DNA from: Candidatus Multivoradales bacterium
GTDB taxonomy: Bacteria > Acidobacteriota > Thermoanaerobaculia > Multivoradales > JAHEKO01
DNA: 64,000 nt
Direction of reading: 5' to 3'
NCBI GenBank assembly: GCA_965248055.1
Contig: CBDFIJ010000004.1
Span: 2,976,001 to 3,040,000 of the forward strand
The notes beneath the pieces are model-generated. The model worked only from the letters and a program-made list of their open reading frames with translations, had not been told where the DNA came from and made no database searches. Shown here piece by piece: positions 44,767 to 55,413 of the stretch. Numbering within the stretch: position 1 is the stretch's first letter; every line of letters begins with the position of its first letter. A program made the translations under genes and the position numbers.

Positions 44767-45921
44767 CTAGCTAGTCTCGGCGGCTGTTTCGCGGAATACC
44801 TCAAGGTGCTGGTCGACGCTGCGTGCCCAAGTGAACTTGCGGGACTGTTCCAAGCCTCTCTGTCCTAGGTCTTGGGCCAACGAGTGATTGGTCAAAATAC
44901 GACGAACCGCCGAACCAAGCTCAGTCCGATCCGTGGGGTCCACCAGAATACCGGCGTCAGCCACCACTTCCGGCAGACTCGACCGATTGCTGCTGATCAC
45001 CGGAACCCCACAGGCCATCGCTTCCAGTGCGGGAAAGCCGAATCCTTCATAGAGCGATGGGAAGACCAAGGTGGTCGCCGCTTGAAACGTAGCGACTTGC
45101 TCTGGGCGAGGCAAGGCGCCCAAATAGTGAAGTCCTCGGCCGCGCAGCTCATCCATTCGCTTCACGGTGCTTTGAGATTTCCATCCCACTGGGCCGACGA
45201 TGACCAAGGGAAGAGCTTGTCCTTGCTCAAACAAGGGCTGCCAGACATCGAGCACTGAATCCAAATTCTTCCTTGGCTCGATGGTGCCACCAAACAACAG
45301 ATAGCCATCTTCCAGTCCGAGTTGTTGCCGAGTTGCAGCAATTTGTTCGTCGGATGCTGGTTGAAACGCCGGGTCCACTCCATGAGCGATCACCCGAACC
45401 TTGCGTTTGAGCGCCGGATGGCGATCGATTAGATCACTGGCAGCGTGGGCGGAGGGGGTAATGATTCGCTTGGCAAGCCGTGCTGATCGAGCAAACAGAG
45501 GGCGAATGCTAGCGAGCACTTTAAGTCGATGGGACCCTGGGTAGATCCACGGAGTCATGTCGTGGACGGTAATCACGGATGGTACTCCTGGGTTCCACGG
45601 AAGGGTGAACACCGGGGACCAAAGGGCGTTGCACTGGTGCTTGGCGAGCTGTTGAGACAGCGTCGTTTGCTGCCACCACACCCCGGAAAACGACGACTCC
45701 ACCGACCGAGTGACCGCCAAGTCATCCGGCAGGCCGGACAAGGGGGCATGCGCCATCACCACCGACGTGACGTCGGACTTGTCCGCCAGCCCGCGTAACA
45801 CAGCGTTCAAGTAGACGCCGATGCCGCTCGGCTGGCCGACCACGGCCCGACCGTCGACCGCTAGATTGAGAGCAGTTGTCACGTGGGGATCATATGTCAG
45901 CCCACCGGCTTGCTTAGTCAC
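44767..45921 (-). CDS. Glycosyltransferase family 4
   Basis: SGIGVY, GTIEPRKN, YEGFGFPALEAMACG. Confidence 0.92.
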   Translation of the reverse strand: MTKQAGGLTYDPHVTTALNLAVDGRAVVGQPSGIGVYLNAVLRGLADKSDVTSVVMAHAPLSGLPDDLAVTRSVESSFSGVWWQQTTLSQQLAKHQCNALWSPVFTLPWNPGVPSVITVHDMTPWIYPGSHRLKVLASIRPLFARSARLAKRIITPSAHAASDLIDRHPALKRKVRVIAHGVDPAFQPASDEQIAATRQQLGLEDGYLLFGGTIEPRKNLDSVLDVWQPLFEQGQALPLVIVGPVGWKSQSTVKRMDELRGRGLHYLGALPRPEQVATFQAATTLVFPSLYEGFGFPALEAMACGVPVISSNRSSLPEVVADAGILVDPTDRTELGSAVRRILTNHSLAQDLGQRGLEQSRKFTWARSVDQHLEVFRETAAETS

Positions 45922-45982
45922 TAGCTGGTGCTAGAGTCGCTTTTGTTTACGGGCACAATGGCCCATCCTTCACGAGGTGGAA

Positions 45983-46393
45983 ATGTCTGAGAATCCGCAA
46001 CAGCCATCGCTCAACGAGGAAAAGCGTGTTGCTGAAGCCATTGAGCGGATTCAAGCGGCAGCGCGTCAGCGAACGGCGGAGCTGTCTACGCTCGCTGATC
46101 GAGGCGAACACCGGAACTTGCGTCTCGTCGAGTTGCGTAATGCGGAATTTCTGCAGGAGCCCTTTCCGGTTTCTCCCCGCCCCGGGTTGGGTCGTTTGAT
46201 TGTGTTTGCGCGCAAGGCGATGTACCACCTGTTTATGAAGTGGCACACCCGGCCGGTGCTGATTCAACAGAATCGGTTTAATCGAGCGGCGACGGCGATG
46301 ATCGAGGATCTACTGCGCGATCAGAAACAGTTGGATACAGAACTGCGGGACTTACGCCGCATTCTGGCTGACCGCGATCGAAATCCTGAGTGA
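45983..46393 (+). CDS. Small coiled-coil hypothetical protein of the glycan cluster
   Basis: GAGGTGG SD; S.RP.LG.LIVF.RK...W...P...QQNRFN motif; coupled to a GT4 gene. Confidence 0.65.
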   Translation: MSENPQQPSLNEEKRVAEAIERIQAAARQRTAELSTLADRGEHRNLRLVELRNAEFLQEPFPVSPRPGLGRLIVFARKAMYHLFMKWHTRPVLIQQNRFNRAATAMIEDLLRDQKQLDTELRDLRRILADRDRNPE

Positions 46394-47436
46394 GTGCCCG
46401 AATCGCCATTGCTGCCAGCCAAGTCCCTTTTTCCCGGGGTGGTGCCGAGCTTCTCGTTAGTTCTCTCGAAGAACGACTCAAGCAACGTGGGTTTGAAGTT
46501 GACGTACTCAGCGTTCCATTCGCCTGGCATACCCGGGAGCAGATCCTCACCAGTGCATTAACTTGGCGGCTGTTGGACCTTTCTGAGAGTGACGGTCGTC
46601 CCATTGACTTGGTGATCGGCACCAAGTTTCCTTCCTACATGGTCAAGCACCCCAACAAAGTGGTGTGGCTGGTCCACCAATTTCGACAGGCCTATGAACT
46701 GTTGGGTACTCGGTTTAGTGACTTTGGTGCGCTCGCTGAAGATCCAGAAGTGATCGAACGGATCCGTGAGATGGATCGTAGAGCGCTGGGTGAAGCGCGC
46801 CGCGTGTTCACCATCTCGCTAAACACGGCTGGACGCCTGGAACGATTTCTCGGCCTGCAGGGGGAGCCGTTGTATCCACCGCCAGCGATCGCGGATCTTC
46901 TCAAGCCCGGACCGCTGGGTGACTACGTTCTTTCGGTGGGGCGCCTCAACCCGATGAAGCGAACCGGTTTGTTGATCGAGGCGATCGCTGCGAGCCGTAG
47001 TGGTGCGAAGTGCGTAATCGTTGGCAGTGGGCCGCAAGAACAAGAACTGCGCAACAAGATCGATCAACTGCAGGTCGGTGATCGGGTCGATCTTCGTGGC
47101 GACGCGAGTGATGACGAGTTGGCGGAGCTTTACGCCAATGCCATGGCGGTGTATTACGCGCCTTATGATGAGGATTACGGCTACGTGACCATCGAGGCGA
47201 TGCTGAGCGGCAAGCCGGTCGTGACGATGGAAGATGCCGGCGGCGTATTGGAGTTTGTCGAGGATGGGGTCAATGGAGCGGTGGTGGCTGCCAACAACCA
47301 CCGTGCGATCGCACGCCAGATCGATGCTTGGCTCAACACCCCAGACGTGGTCGCTGAGCTGGGTGAGAACGGGCGCAGAACAGCAGAGAAGGTGACTTGG
47401 GACCGCGTCTTGGATCGACTGACTGAAACTCTCTAG
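46390..47436 (+). CDS. Glycosyltransferase family 4
   Basis: GGAE, GRLNPMKR, EDYGYVTIEAMLSGKPV. Confidence 0.9.
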   Translation: MSARIAIAASQVPFSRGGAELLVSSLEERLKQRGFEVDVLSVPFAWHTREQILTSALTWRLLDLSESDGRPIDLVIGTKFPSYMVKHPNKVVWLVHQFRQAYELLGTRFSDFGALAEDPEVIERIREMDRRALGEARRVFTISLNTAGRLERFLGLQGEPLYPPPAIADLLKPGPLGDYVLSVGRLNPMKRTGLLIEAIAASRSGAKCVIVGSGPQEQELRNKIDQLQVGDRVDLRGDASDDELAELYANAMAVYYAPYDEDYGYVTIEAMLSGKPVVTMEDAGGVLEFVEDGVNGAVVAANNHRAIARQIDAWLNTPDVVAELGENGRRTAEKVTWDRVLDRLTETL

Positions 47437-47487
47437 ACTGATGAGAATGGCTCCACAGGTTCCAGTTCGGTAAGCAGGAACGGAAAG

Positions 47488-48852
47488 ATGAGCCGCTTAC
47501 GCCTAGCCTACCTGTCTCCGTTGCCGCCCCAGACAACCGGAATAGCCGACTACAGCTTGGAATTGCTGCCGCATCTGGCTGAGCATGTTGATGTGGAGGC
47601 CTTTGCGCCTTCCCCAGCAGACCCGATTGAGGATCTACCCTTGCATCGCCTGCGCGATTTCAAACCGGACATCTGTGATTTGGTGGTCTATCAAATCGGC
47701 AATAGCGAAGAACACCACGGAGCGATCTTTGATCTGTCGCTGCAACACCCCGGGGTCGTGGTGATGCACGAGTACATGCTTCACCACTTGATGCGCGGCC
47801 TCACCCTAGGCAAAGGGAAAACCGCAGCCTTCGGCGAAGAAATGCGCTATGCCTATGGCGAAACGGGGAGGCGAGCGGTGGAGCAGTTTGTCGATACCGG
47901 GGTGCCCGTCGATCCGTGGCCGTTCCCGCTGTTCGAGAGATTGGTCGATCATAGCCTCGGAGTGATCACACACAGCGACACGGTTCGCCAACGTATTTTG
48001 GCCTCTCGCCCTACAGCGGAGGTGTCGGTTGTACCTCACCATCTGTCGATTGAAGGCCTGGAGAGTCCCGATCAAGCGCGAAGTTGGTACGCCCAACACG
48101 ACATTCCCCGCGACGCCCAAGTCATTGGCGTGTTCGGTTTCGTGACGCCGCAAAAACGCATTGATGTGGTCATTGAAGCGTTCCGCGAAATTCGAGATCG
48201 TTATCCCAAAGCCTACCTAGTGGTCGTGGGAGCGATCTCCGGGTTCTATGACATTGACGATCTGCGCGCCGATGCTCCTGCGCGGGTGGTTTGGACCGGA
48301 AGGGTAGAAAAGGTTGATTTGCTGCGGGCGATGGCTGGGTGTGACTTGGCGGTTAATTTGCGTTTTCCCACTGGAGGCGAGACTTCGGGGACCGCGATTC
48401 GTTTGCTGGGTCTTGGAAAGCCTTTGATCGCCAGCGATATCGGTTGGTTCTCAGAAGTGCCCGATGGCTGCATCGCCCGCGTTCCCGTGGGGCGCGGTGA
48501 GTCGGAGTCCCTAGTCGCGACCCTGGTGGCATTGTTGGAAGACCGACAATTGGCCCAAGATATGGGAGACAACGCAAAAGCAAGAGTGGAGTTAGAGAAC
48601 TCCCTCACGGCTTCAGCTCGGGGTTACGCAGACATGCTGGAGCGCGTGTACACCAATGGCAAAGAGGCCTATCGACCTGTGCCCCCCTTAGCGTTAGGAG
48701 GCACTCAACAAGTGGGTCCGGGACATTTGGACTTGATGGCGAGGGCGGCATCTGACCTAGGTTGGCCGGAGGACGAGCCAGCGATGCGTTACTTGGCCGA
48801 GGTTGGTGTCGACTTGGGGCTCGATGCTGAGGTTACTCTCGGTTCTCGATGA
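47488..48852 (+). CDS. Glycosyltransferase family 4
   Basis: SPLPPQTTGIADY, YQIGNS..H, KRID, NLRFPTGGETSG. Confidence 0.88.
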   Translation: MSRLRLAYLSPLPPQTTGIADYSLELLPHLAEHVDVEAFAPSPADPIEDLPLHRLRDFKPDICDLVVYQIGNSEEHHGAIFDLSLQHPGVVVMHEYMLHHLMRGLTLGKGKTAAFGEEMRYAYGETGRRAVEQFVDTGVPVDPWPFPLFERLVDHSLGVITHSDTVRQRILASRPTAEVSVVPHHLSIEGLESPDQARSWYAQHDIPRDAQVIGVFGFVTPQKRIDVVIEAFREIRDRYPKAYLVVVGAISGFYDIDDLRADAPARVVWTGRVEKVDLLRAMAGCDLAVNLRFPTGGETSGTAIRLLGLGKPLIASDIGWFSEVPDGCIARVPVGRGESESLVATLVALLEDRQLAQDMGDNAKARVELENSLTASARGYADMLERVYTNGKEAYRPVPPLALGGTQQVGPGHLDLMARAASDLGWPEDEPAMRYLAEVGVDLGLDAEVTLGSR

Positions 48853-50129
48853 GCGCAGGCGCCCAGTTAGATCGCCGGTCAGATCGTCAGACAGAGCGTC
48901 GACGGTGGGTGCGGACGCTGGTGGTTCTGACGGTCTTGACTCTGGCCGCTGCCGGGCACCTTTGGTTTCACTACTGGCCACGACCTCGGGCGTTGCAACC
49001 GAGTCAAGAGATGATGCGGTTGTGGTCGACACAAGAAGCCGAGCAAGCCCTTTGGCTGGCCTATCCGCACCAAAATTTGGGGGCGTTGGAAAAACTTGTC
49101 GGTAATCTGGAGACTTATCTGTCTGACCTGGGCGTGGCACTGGGCGGCGACACCTTGCCACTTCCCCGTTTCGGCCCTTTTCGATTCCCTCCGGCTAAGG
49201 AAATCGTCGTTGCGGAGGTGGATGGGTTGCCACGATGGCGTGGCGTGGCCGAGATCTACCCGATGGTGGCGATCGCGGCTCGTGGGGCAGGGAAACTGAC
49301 GGGGAATCCATGGCTGGGTGGCGGATCTATTGATGAAAATACCGAGGTTTCGTGGCAAGGCAATACATGGCGCTTCGGCACACTGAATGTTGGGCAGGTT
49401 GCTTCGGAGAGCAGTCGGGAAGTCATAGGCCGCTTGCGGCTGCAGCAAGACCTAGGGCGCTGGCCCCGCGGTGACTTCGACCTTTTGATCCAAGATCTCT
49501 TAATCCAAGACCTGCCGAATCAAAGTCGCCAAGACGACGCTCAAGAAGGTCGGTCAAACCGCGATCTCTGGCTGATCGCCCATGACGCGACTCCCACCCC
49601 AACCTTCGCCGCAATGGATTCGGCGAACTCTGACCTTGCGTTGCTGCCGTTGGTGGTTCGGGAAAACCAAGTTTCTGGGCAAAGGGCGCTGGCTTTTCTG
49701 AACGAAGGAGAGGGGGGGATTCCGGGCGTGGTTTCGTGCGCGCGCGGGTTGCAGCGTTGGCCGCTTCCCGGCGAGCGATTACTCTCGCGTTTGGGTTTGG
49801 AAATCGCTGAAGAGACGGTGGGCGACTGGTCGATCGCAGCCTACTTGCAAGAGGACCTGGTGCAGGCCCGTCGGCGTTTGACCGAAATCGTCGGAGATCC
49901 CGCTACCGCGTTGCCATCTGCCTCCAGCTTCTCGGCTCGCATCCAGGCTGGCCCGGTATCGCGAATCGCCGGGGGCCTAGCCCGTAACTTGGAGCAAATC
50001 CCGATTATTGGCAAACGCAAGGCTGAGTACTGGTGGAGCTTGTCTCGCTCCTTGGCACCGCTGGGCGAGAACGGTTTTCTAGAAGCGACCACCGGACCGG
50101 TTCCGATGCTGCGCATCCACTCCGACTGA
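48849..50129 (+). CDS. Membrane-anchored hypothetical protein
   Basis: N-terminal TM (HLWFHYWPR); ATGA overlap with the upstream GT gene. Confidence 0.6.
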   Translation: MSAGAQLDRRSDRQTERRRWVRTLVVLTVLTLAAAGHLWFHYWPRPRALQPSQEMMRLWSTQEAEQALWLAYPHQNLGALEKLVGNLETYLSDLGVALGGDTLPLPRFGPFRFPPAKEIVVAEVDGLPRWRGVAEIYPMVAIAARGAGKLTGNPWLGGGSIDENTEVSWQGNTWRFGTLNVGQVASESSREVIGRLRLQQDLGRWPRGDFDLLIQDLLIQDLPNQSRQDDAQEGRSNRDLWLIAHDATPTPTFAAMDSANSDLALLPLVVRENQVSGQRALAFLNEGEGGIPGVVSCARGLQRWPLPGERLLSRLGLEIAEETVGDWSIAAYLQEDLVQARRRLTEIVGDPATALPSASSFSARIQAGPVSRIAGGLARNLEQIPIIGKRKAEYWWSLSRSLAPLGENGFLEATTGPVPMLRIHSD

Positions 50130-50297
50130 CAGGGACACAAACTCGTGTTGTATTTGTAGGCGATTTGGTCGAGCTCTCCGGCCTTGCTAGATTTCCGTTT
50201 ATCCCAACTGGAGATGAGTATTGTGTCCCTACGGCATTGACACTAACGGCTAGCTCCCGTAGCCTTTTCTTTCGTTCTTTGGTGGGGGGCTCCACGT

Positions 50298-50807
50298 ATG
50301 AGGATCCAGCTAGAGCAGATCCAAGACCGGCCGTTCCACTGGCAAGAAGCGATTGAGTTGACTCCGGAAGCCTTAGAGCTCACCGAGGTTGTGGTTCCGA
50401 TAGTGGTGGATGTGGACGGTCAAGTGGCTCCCATTGACGGTGGTTTCCTGGTAACGATGGCGTTGGACGCCAGCTTGTTACTGCGTTGTGACCGTTGCTT
50501 GGACGATTTTTCGCGTCCCTTCAACAGTCGCTTTGAGTCGTTGATGGTGGTTGAACAAGACCAGCCGATTCCGGGCGAGTTTGAGTTGGAGGAGCAAGAT
50601 CTTGGAATGGTTCATCTGGAGGTTCCAGAGTTCGATTCCGGAACGTTGGTGTTTGATCAAGTGCAGTTGGCGATTCCCATGAGTCCTCGCTGCCGAGACG
50701 ATTGTGCAGGCCTCTGTGCCCAGTGCGGGAGTAATCAGAATCGAAAGCGGTGCGATTGCCAACCGCCGATGGATCCGCGCTGGCAGGCCTTGGCAGGAAA
50801 GTTTTAG
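50298..50807 (+). CDS. yceD: YceD/DUF177 family protein
   Basis: CDRCL, C.DDCAGLCAQCG.N, DPRW..L; precedes rpmF. Confidence 0.9.
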   Translation: MRIQLEQIQDRPFHWQEAIELTPEALELTEVVVPIVVDVDGQVAPIDGGFLVTMALDASLLLRCDRCLDDFSRPFNSRFESLMVVEQDQPIPGEFELEEQDLGMVHLEVPEFDSGTLVFDQVQLAIPMSPRCRDDCAGLCAQCGSNQNRKRCDCQPPMDPRWQALAGKF

Positions 50808-50850
50808 AGTTCCTGCCTAAATTGATTGATAGAAACTAGGAGATTCTCCG

Positions 50851-51036
50851 ATGGCTAATCCGAAGCGTAGACATTCCTCGGCCCGACGGGATCGTCGTCG
50901 TACTCACGACGCGATCTCTAAGCCCGCAAGATCGACCTGTTCGCAATGTGGTGAGGTCAAGATGCCTCATCGTGCCTGTCCGTCCTGTGGCTACTACCGC
51001 GACCGCGAAGTCTTCGAACCCAAAGACAACGCATAG
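50851..51036 (+). CDS. rpmF: 50S ribosomal protein L32 (zinc-ribbon form)
   Basis: MANPKRRHS..RRD.RR, CSQC, PHRACPSCGYY. Confidence 0.97.
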   Translation: MANPKRRHSSARRDRRRTHDAISKPARSTCSQCGEVKMPHRACPSCGYYRDREVFEPKDNA

Positions 51037-51070
51037 AGCCTTTTTCTAGTTTCTCCGGTACCCCTCGGCG

Positions 51071-52165
51071 ATGAATCAGTCCGATTCAGAGTCTTCTGCT
51101 GTCCTTGCTGTCGAGTCGCCTCGGCAGGACGACGCCAAAGTTGTCTCGATCGCGGTCGACGCGATGGGCGGTGACTATGGCCCTGAAGTGATGGTGGCGG
51201 GAGCCCTACAGGCAGCGCGCAGCCAACCGATGAAGCTTAAGTTGGTGGGTCGAATCGACGATATTAACCGTTACCTCAAGACCAAGACCGACACGCAGAT
51301 CGAAGTAGTGGAGGCCACTGAAGTGGTGGGGATGGACGAACCGGCTGTGACCCCGGTGCGCCGCAAACCGGAATCTTCGGTGCGGGTGGCAGCAGAGTTG
51401 GTGCGCGCGGGAAAGGCCGACGGATTGGTCACCGCGGGGCATACCGGGGCGGCAATGATCAGCGCCAAGGTGGTGATCGGGATGGTTCCCGGAGTCGAGC
51501 GTCCGGCGTTGGCAACCGTGTTTCCGAACCGAGCTCACGGACGCACGGTGTTGTTGGACGTTGGCGCCAACGTCGACGTCAAACCGGCACAATTGCGCGA
51601 ATTTGCCATTATGGGGCACGTCTATGCACAGGAACTCTTGGGTTTGGCTGATCCCCGCGTGGGCTTATTGGCGATCGGCGAAGAAGAGAGCAAAGGCAAC
51701 GACCGCCATCGGCAGGGTTTTGAAGTGCTGCAGAACACCGGTTTGAACTTTGCTGGCAATGTTGAGGGGCATGCGGTGTTTGACGGTTCGGTAGACGTGG
51801 TGGTGTGTGATGGCTTCGTCGGTAACGCTATTTTGAAGGCCGCAGAGTCGATTGCTGAGACCATCGGTGGCATGTTGCGCGAAGAGTTCGAGTCCGGTTG
51901 GCGTACTAAGGCCGGCTTTGCCATGGCTCGCCCTGCGGTGCGTCGCCTGCGTGAGCGGTTGGACTATCGCGGCTACGGCGGTGCCCCCTTTCTCGGGGTT
52001 CGAGGCGCTTGCTTTGTCGCCCACGGGCGCTCCAATGCAACCGCGGTGAAAAACACCATTCTGCAGGCTGCGGAATTCTGTCGCGGCGACATTGCCGCGC
52101 GCATGGAGCGTGGGATCGCCGAACTGCATCGCCAAGAAGACCGATTGGCCGAGCAGGTTGGCTGA
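51071..52165 (+). CDS. plsX: Phosphate acyltransferase
   Basis: IAVDAMGGD, AGHTGA, LDVGAN, GEEESKG, VCDGFVGN, HGRS. Confidence 0.96.
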   Translation: MNQSDSESSAVLAVESPRQDDAKVVSIAVDAMGGDYGPEVMVAGALQAARSQPMKLKLVGRIDDINRYLKTKTDTQIEVVEATEVVGMDEPAVTPVRRKPESSVRVAAELVRAGKADGLVTAGHTGAAMISAKVVIGMVPGVERPALATVFPNRAHGRTVLLDVGANVDVKPAQLREFAIMGHVYAQELLGLADPRVGLLAIGEEESKGNDRHRQGFEVLQNTGLNFAGNVEGHAVFDGSVDVVVCDGFVGNAILKAAESIAETIGGMLREEFESGWRTKAGFAMARPAVRRLRERLDYRGYGGAPFLGVRGACFVAHGRSNATAVKNTILQAAEFCRGDIAARMERGIAELHRQEDRLAEQVG

Positions 52166-52251
52166 GAGAGGGTCGTTGAAAGAGATCAACTGAAGAGAGT
52201 GTTTGAAAGAATACAAACGGTTTGCAGCGTCAAGCCCAGGAGGATTGCTGA

Positions 52252-53238
52252 ATGAGAGCGCGAATTGTAGGGACGGGTCACGCGGTTCCCGATCAGGTGA
52301 TGACCAACGCGGATCTGGCGACCATGGTCGATACCACCGACGAGTGGATCACTGTGCGTACAGGAATCAAAGAGCGGCGTATCGCATTGGATAGCGAAGC
52401 ACTCTCGGATTTCGCGGTGCCCGCAGCAGAGCGAGCTTTGGAAATGGCCGGGATCGAGGGCTCAGAGATCGATATGGTGTTGCTGGCGACGGTCACGGCA
52501 GACCGTTCGTTTCCCGCGACTTCAACCGAGATCCAACACCGAATCGGGGCTAAAGGCGCTCTGGCCTTTGATCTTTCGGCAGCTTGCACCGGGTTTCTCT
52601 ATGGTCTCGGGATTGGCGAAGGGTTCATTTCCTCGGGCGCGGCGCGCAACGTGCTGGTGGTGGGTGGCGAGGTGCTGTCCAAAATTACCGACTGGACCGA
52701 CCGTGGAACCTGCGTATTATTCGGCGATGGTGCAGGCGCCATTGTGATGACCGCCGAAGACGATGCCACCAAAACCCGTGGAGTGCTGGCCACCAAGCTG
52801 CACGCTGACGGTGCCCTGGGAAACCTGATCGAACGCCCGGCAGGAGGCAGTCGTCGGCCTTCTACCCGGGAAACAGTGGACAGCGGTGAAATTTATCTGG
52901 CGATGCGGGGAAACGAGACCTTCAAAGTGGCGGTGCGCGCCCTGGCAGAAGTGTCTCAGGAGGTGTTGGCCGAGTGTGGTCTGGAGATCTCGGACGTGGA
53001 TTGGTTCATTCCACACCAAGCGAATCGGCGGATCATTGATGCTGTGGGTCAGCGACTCAAGGTTCCCGAAGGCCGTACCGTGATCAACGTCGAGCGATTC
53101 GGTAACACCTCTGCGGCGAGCGTTCCGATCGCCCTGGATGAGATCAACCGCGAAGGCAAGATCTCTGAGGGCGACGTGGTGTTGATGGCGGCGTTTGGTT
53201 CCGGGCTCACCTGGGGAGCTTCGGTGGTGCGATGGTGA
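52252..53238 (+). CDS. fabH: Beta-ketoacyl-ACP synthase III
   Basis: AACTGF, LFGDGAGA, PHQAN, GNTSAAS. Confidence 0.97.
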   Translation: MRARIVGTGHAVPDQVMTNADLATMVDTTDEWITVRTGIKERRIALDSEALSDFAVPAAERALEMAGIEGSEIDMVLLATVTADRSFPATSTEIQHRIGAKGALAFDLSAACTGFLYGLGIGEGFISSGAARNVLVVGGEVLSKITDWTDRGTCVLFGDGAGAIVMTAEDDATKTRGVLATKLHADGALGNLIERPAGGSRRPSTRETVDSGEIYLAMRGNETFKVAVRALAEVSQEVLAECGLEISDVDWFIPHQANRRIIDAVGQRLKVPEGRTVINVERFGNTSAASVPIALDEINREGKISEGDVVLMAAFGSGLTWGASVVRW

Positions 53239-54203
53239 CCAATCCGAGCGTAAGCGGCTCGAGGGTGAAGGTAGCCTTTGTTTTTCCCGGTCAGGGGTCG
53301 CAGGCGGTGGGGATGGGCTATGAATGGGCTCAGCACTATCCGTTGGCTGCGGAAATCTTTCAACGAGCGGATCAAGCTCTCGAGTTCTCGCTCAGCGAAT
53401 TGTGTTGGCAGGGTCCTGAAGAGGATCTTCAACTCACCGAGAATACGCAACCAGCGATCTTGACTGCCTCGGTGGCAATGCATGCAGTCTTGGAATCTGC
53501 GGGAATTCGCCCGATCGCCGTCGCTGGGCACAGTCTGGGCGAGTATTCGGCGCTGGTTGCTGCCGGTAGCTTGGCATTTGAAGACGCAGTGCGTTTGGTG
53601 CGCGAGCGCGGTCGGTTGATGCAACAAGCGGTGCCGGTGGGGGAAGGGGCGATGGCTGCCGTCTTGGGCTTGGAGCAGTCGTTGCTCGATCAAGCGATCG
53701 AAGAAGCAGCGGAGATCGGCGTCTGCTCGATTGCCAACATAAACTCTCCCCAGCAACTGGTGATCGCGGGAGAGGTCGAAGCAGTGCGCAAGGCGATGGC
53801 GGCGGCTACTGCTGCGGGCGCTCGCCGGGTGGTGGAACTGCCGGTTTCGGCTCCTTTTCATTGTGCCCTGATGGCGCCAGCTCGCGAAGGGCTGACTCCA
53901 CTTCTAAACGCCACCGAGATCGCCGATGCAACGGTGCCAGTGATACCCAATGTTGACCCCAAACCGACCCAGTCTGGTGAACGACTGTGCAATTGTCTGA
54001 TTCGCCAGGTCGATGGAACGGTGCGTTGGGTGGAGGGGATCGAAACCATGATCGACGCCGGGGTCACCACTTTTGTCGAGGTCGGGCCGGGCAGTGTGTT
54101 GACCGGATTGTTGCGACGAATCTCGCGCGAAGTGGACGGATTTGCACTGCCAGGGCCAGAATCGGTCGCGGCACTGATCGAGAAACTAGAAGGCAGTAGC
54201 TAG
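53232..54203 (+). CDS. fabD: Malonyl-CoA:ACP transacylase
   Basis: FPGQGSQ, TQPAIL, GHSLGEY, VSAPFH. Confidence 0.97.
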   Translation: MVTNPSVSGSRVKVAFVFPGQGSQAVGMGYEWAQHYPLAAEIFQRADQALEFSLSELCWQGPEEDLQLTENTQPAILTASVAMHAVLESAGIRPIAVAGHSLGEYSALVAAGSLAFEDAVRLVRERGRLMQQAVPVGEGAMAAVLGLEQSLLDQAIEEAAEIGVCSIANINSPQQLVIAGEVEAVRKAMAAATAAGARRVVELPVSAPFHCALMAPAREGLTPLLNATEIADATVPVIPNVDPKPTQSGERLCNCLIRQVDGTVRWVEGIETMIDAGVTTFVEVGPGSVLTGLLRRISREVDGFALPGPESVAALIEKLEGSS

Positions 54204-54216
54204 GAGCGAGGTACTC

Positions 54217-54960
54217 ATGTTCAGACTCAATGATCGAGTTGCCCTGATCACCGGAGCTTCCCGCGGCATCGGAGCCGAGACTGCACGCCAACTGGCGGCC
54301 CAGGGCGCCGCGGTAGTGCTTGCTGCGCGTTCGGTCGATTCCTTGGAGGCAGTCGCCGAAGAAATTCGCGATGCCGGGGGCCGAGCTTGGCCTTTGGAAC
54401 TAGACCTCGACCAGCCGGAGTCGGTGTCAGAAGTCCTGGCAACACTTCCAGAAGACTTCAAGGCCATCGACGTACTGGTGAGTAATGCTGGGATCACTGA
54501 CGACAATCTGCTCGCCAGGATGACATTGGAGCAGTGGGACCGTGTCCTACGCGTCAACTTGACCGCCAGTTACGCCCTCAGCAAGGCGCTACTGCGAGGC
54601 ATGCTGAGACGCAGGCGGGGTCGCATCGTGTTGGTTTCGTCGGTGGTCGGCTTGATGGGTAACGCCGGACAGACCAACTACGCGGCGTCCAAAGCCGGTT
54701 TGGTTGGTTTCGCCAAGTCTCTGGCTCGAGAGGTCGGCAGCCGTGGCATCACCGTCAACGTGGTGGCCCCGGGCTACGTCTCGACCGCCATGACCGAAGA
54801 CCTACCCGAAGCGGCAAGAGCGCAACTGGAGCAGTCGATTGTCTTGGGGCGTCTGGGAGACCCTGCTGATATTGCAACCGCGGTGGGTTATCTCGTCAGC
54901 GACGAAGCGGGGTACGTGACAGGTCAGGTTTTGAATGTTTCTGGTGGTCTCTACATCTAA
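54217..54960 (+). CDS. fabG: 3-oxoacyl-ACP reductase
   Basis: TGASRGIG, NAGIT.D, GNAGQTNYAASKAG. Confidence 0.96.
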   Translation: MFRLNDRVALITGASRGIGAETARQLAAQGAAVVLAARSVDSLEAVAEEIRDAGGRAWPLELDLDQPESVSEVLATLPEDFKAIDVLVSNAGITDDNLLARMTLEQWDRVLRVNLTASYALSKALLRGMLRRRRGRIVLVSSVVGLMGNAGQTNYAASKAGLVGFAKSLAREVGSRGITVNVVAPGYVSTAMTEDLPEAARAQLEQSIVLGRLGDPADIATAVGYLVSDEAGYVTGQVLNVSGGLYI

Positions 54961-55144
54961 CCAAGGGAGGTCAGCGGTGGCGCTCGGGCGGTCTTTGTAG
55001 GGTCTGTAATCAGAATTTTGTCGACGAAATGGAAACAATCCCGGATAGAATATACACACGTACTGCGCTCTGGAACGGAGCGCTCGAACGGGCGCTCGAA
55101 CAGTAGATGTCGAGTGCTGAGTGCGTTTCAAAGGAGAACAACAT

Positions 55145-55375
55145 ATGTCTGTCGAAGACAAGGTAAAAGAAATCATTGTCGACCAGTTGAGCGTCGACCA
55201 AGGTCAGGTAACCCCTGAGGCTAGTTTCACCGATGACCTAGGTGCGGACTCGCTGGACATTGTCGAGTTGGTGATGGCGCTAGAGGAAGAGTTTGGAGTT
55301 GAGATTCCGGACGAGGACTCTGAGAAAATTGGGACCGTGCAAGACGCGGTCAAATACATTCAAGATAACGCTTAA
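55145..55375 (+). CDS. acpP: Acyl carrier protein
   Basis: [20 protein letters not shown]; AAGGAG SD. Confidence 0.98.
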   Translation: MSVEDKVKEIIVDQLSVDQGQVTPEASFTDDLGADSLDIVELVMALEEEFGVEIPDEDSEKIGTVQDAVKYIQDNA

Positions 55376-55413
55376 GACGACGGCCGCTGTGAGCGGCGTT
55401 GGGGAGTGATTTG

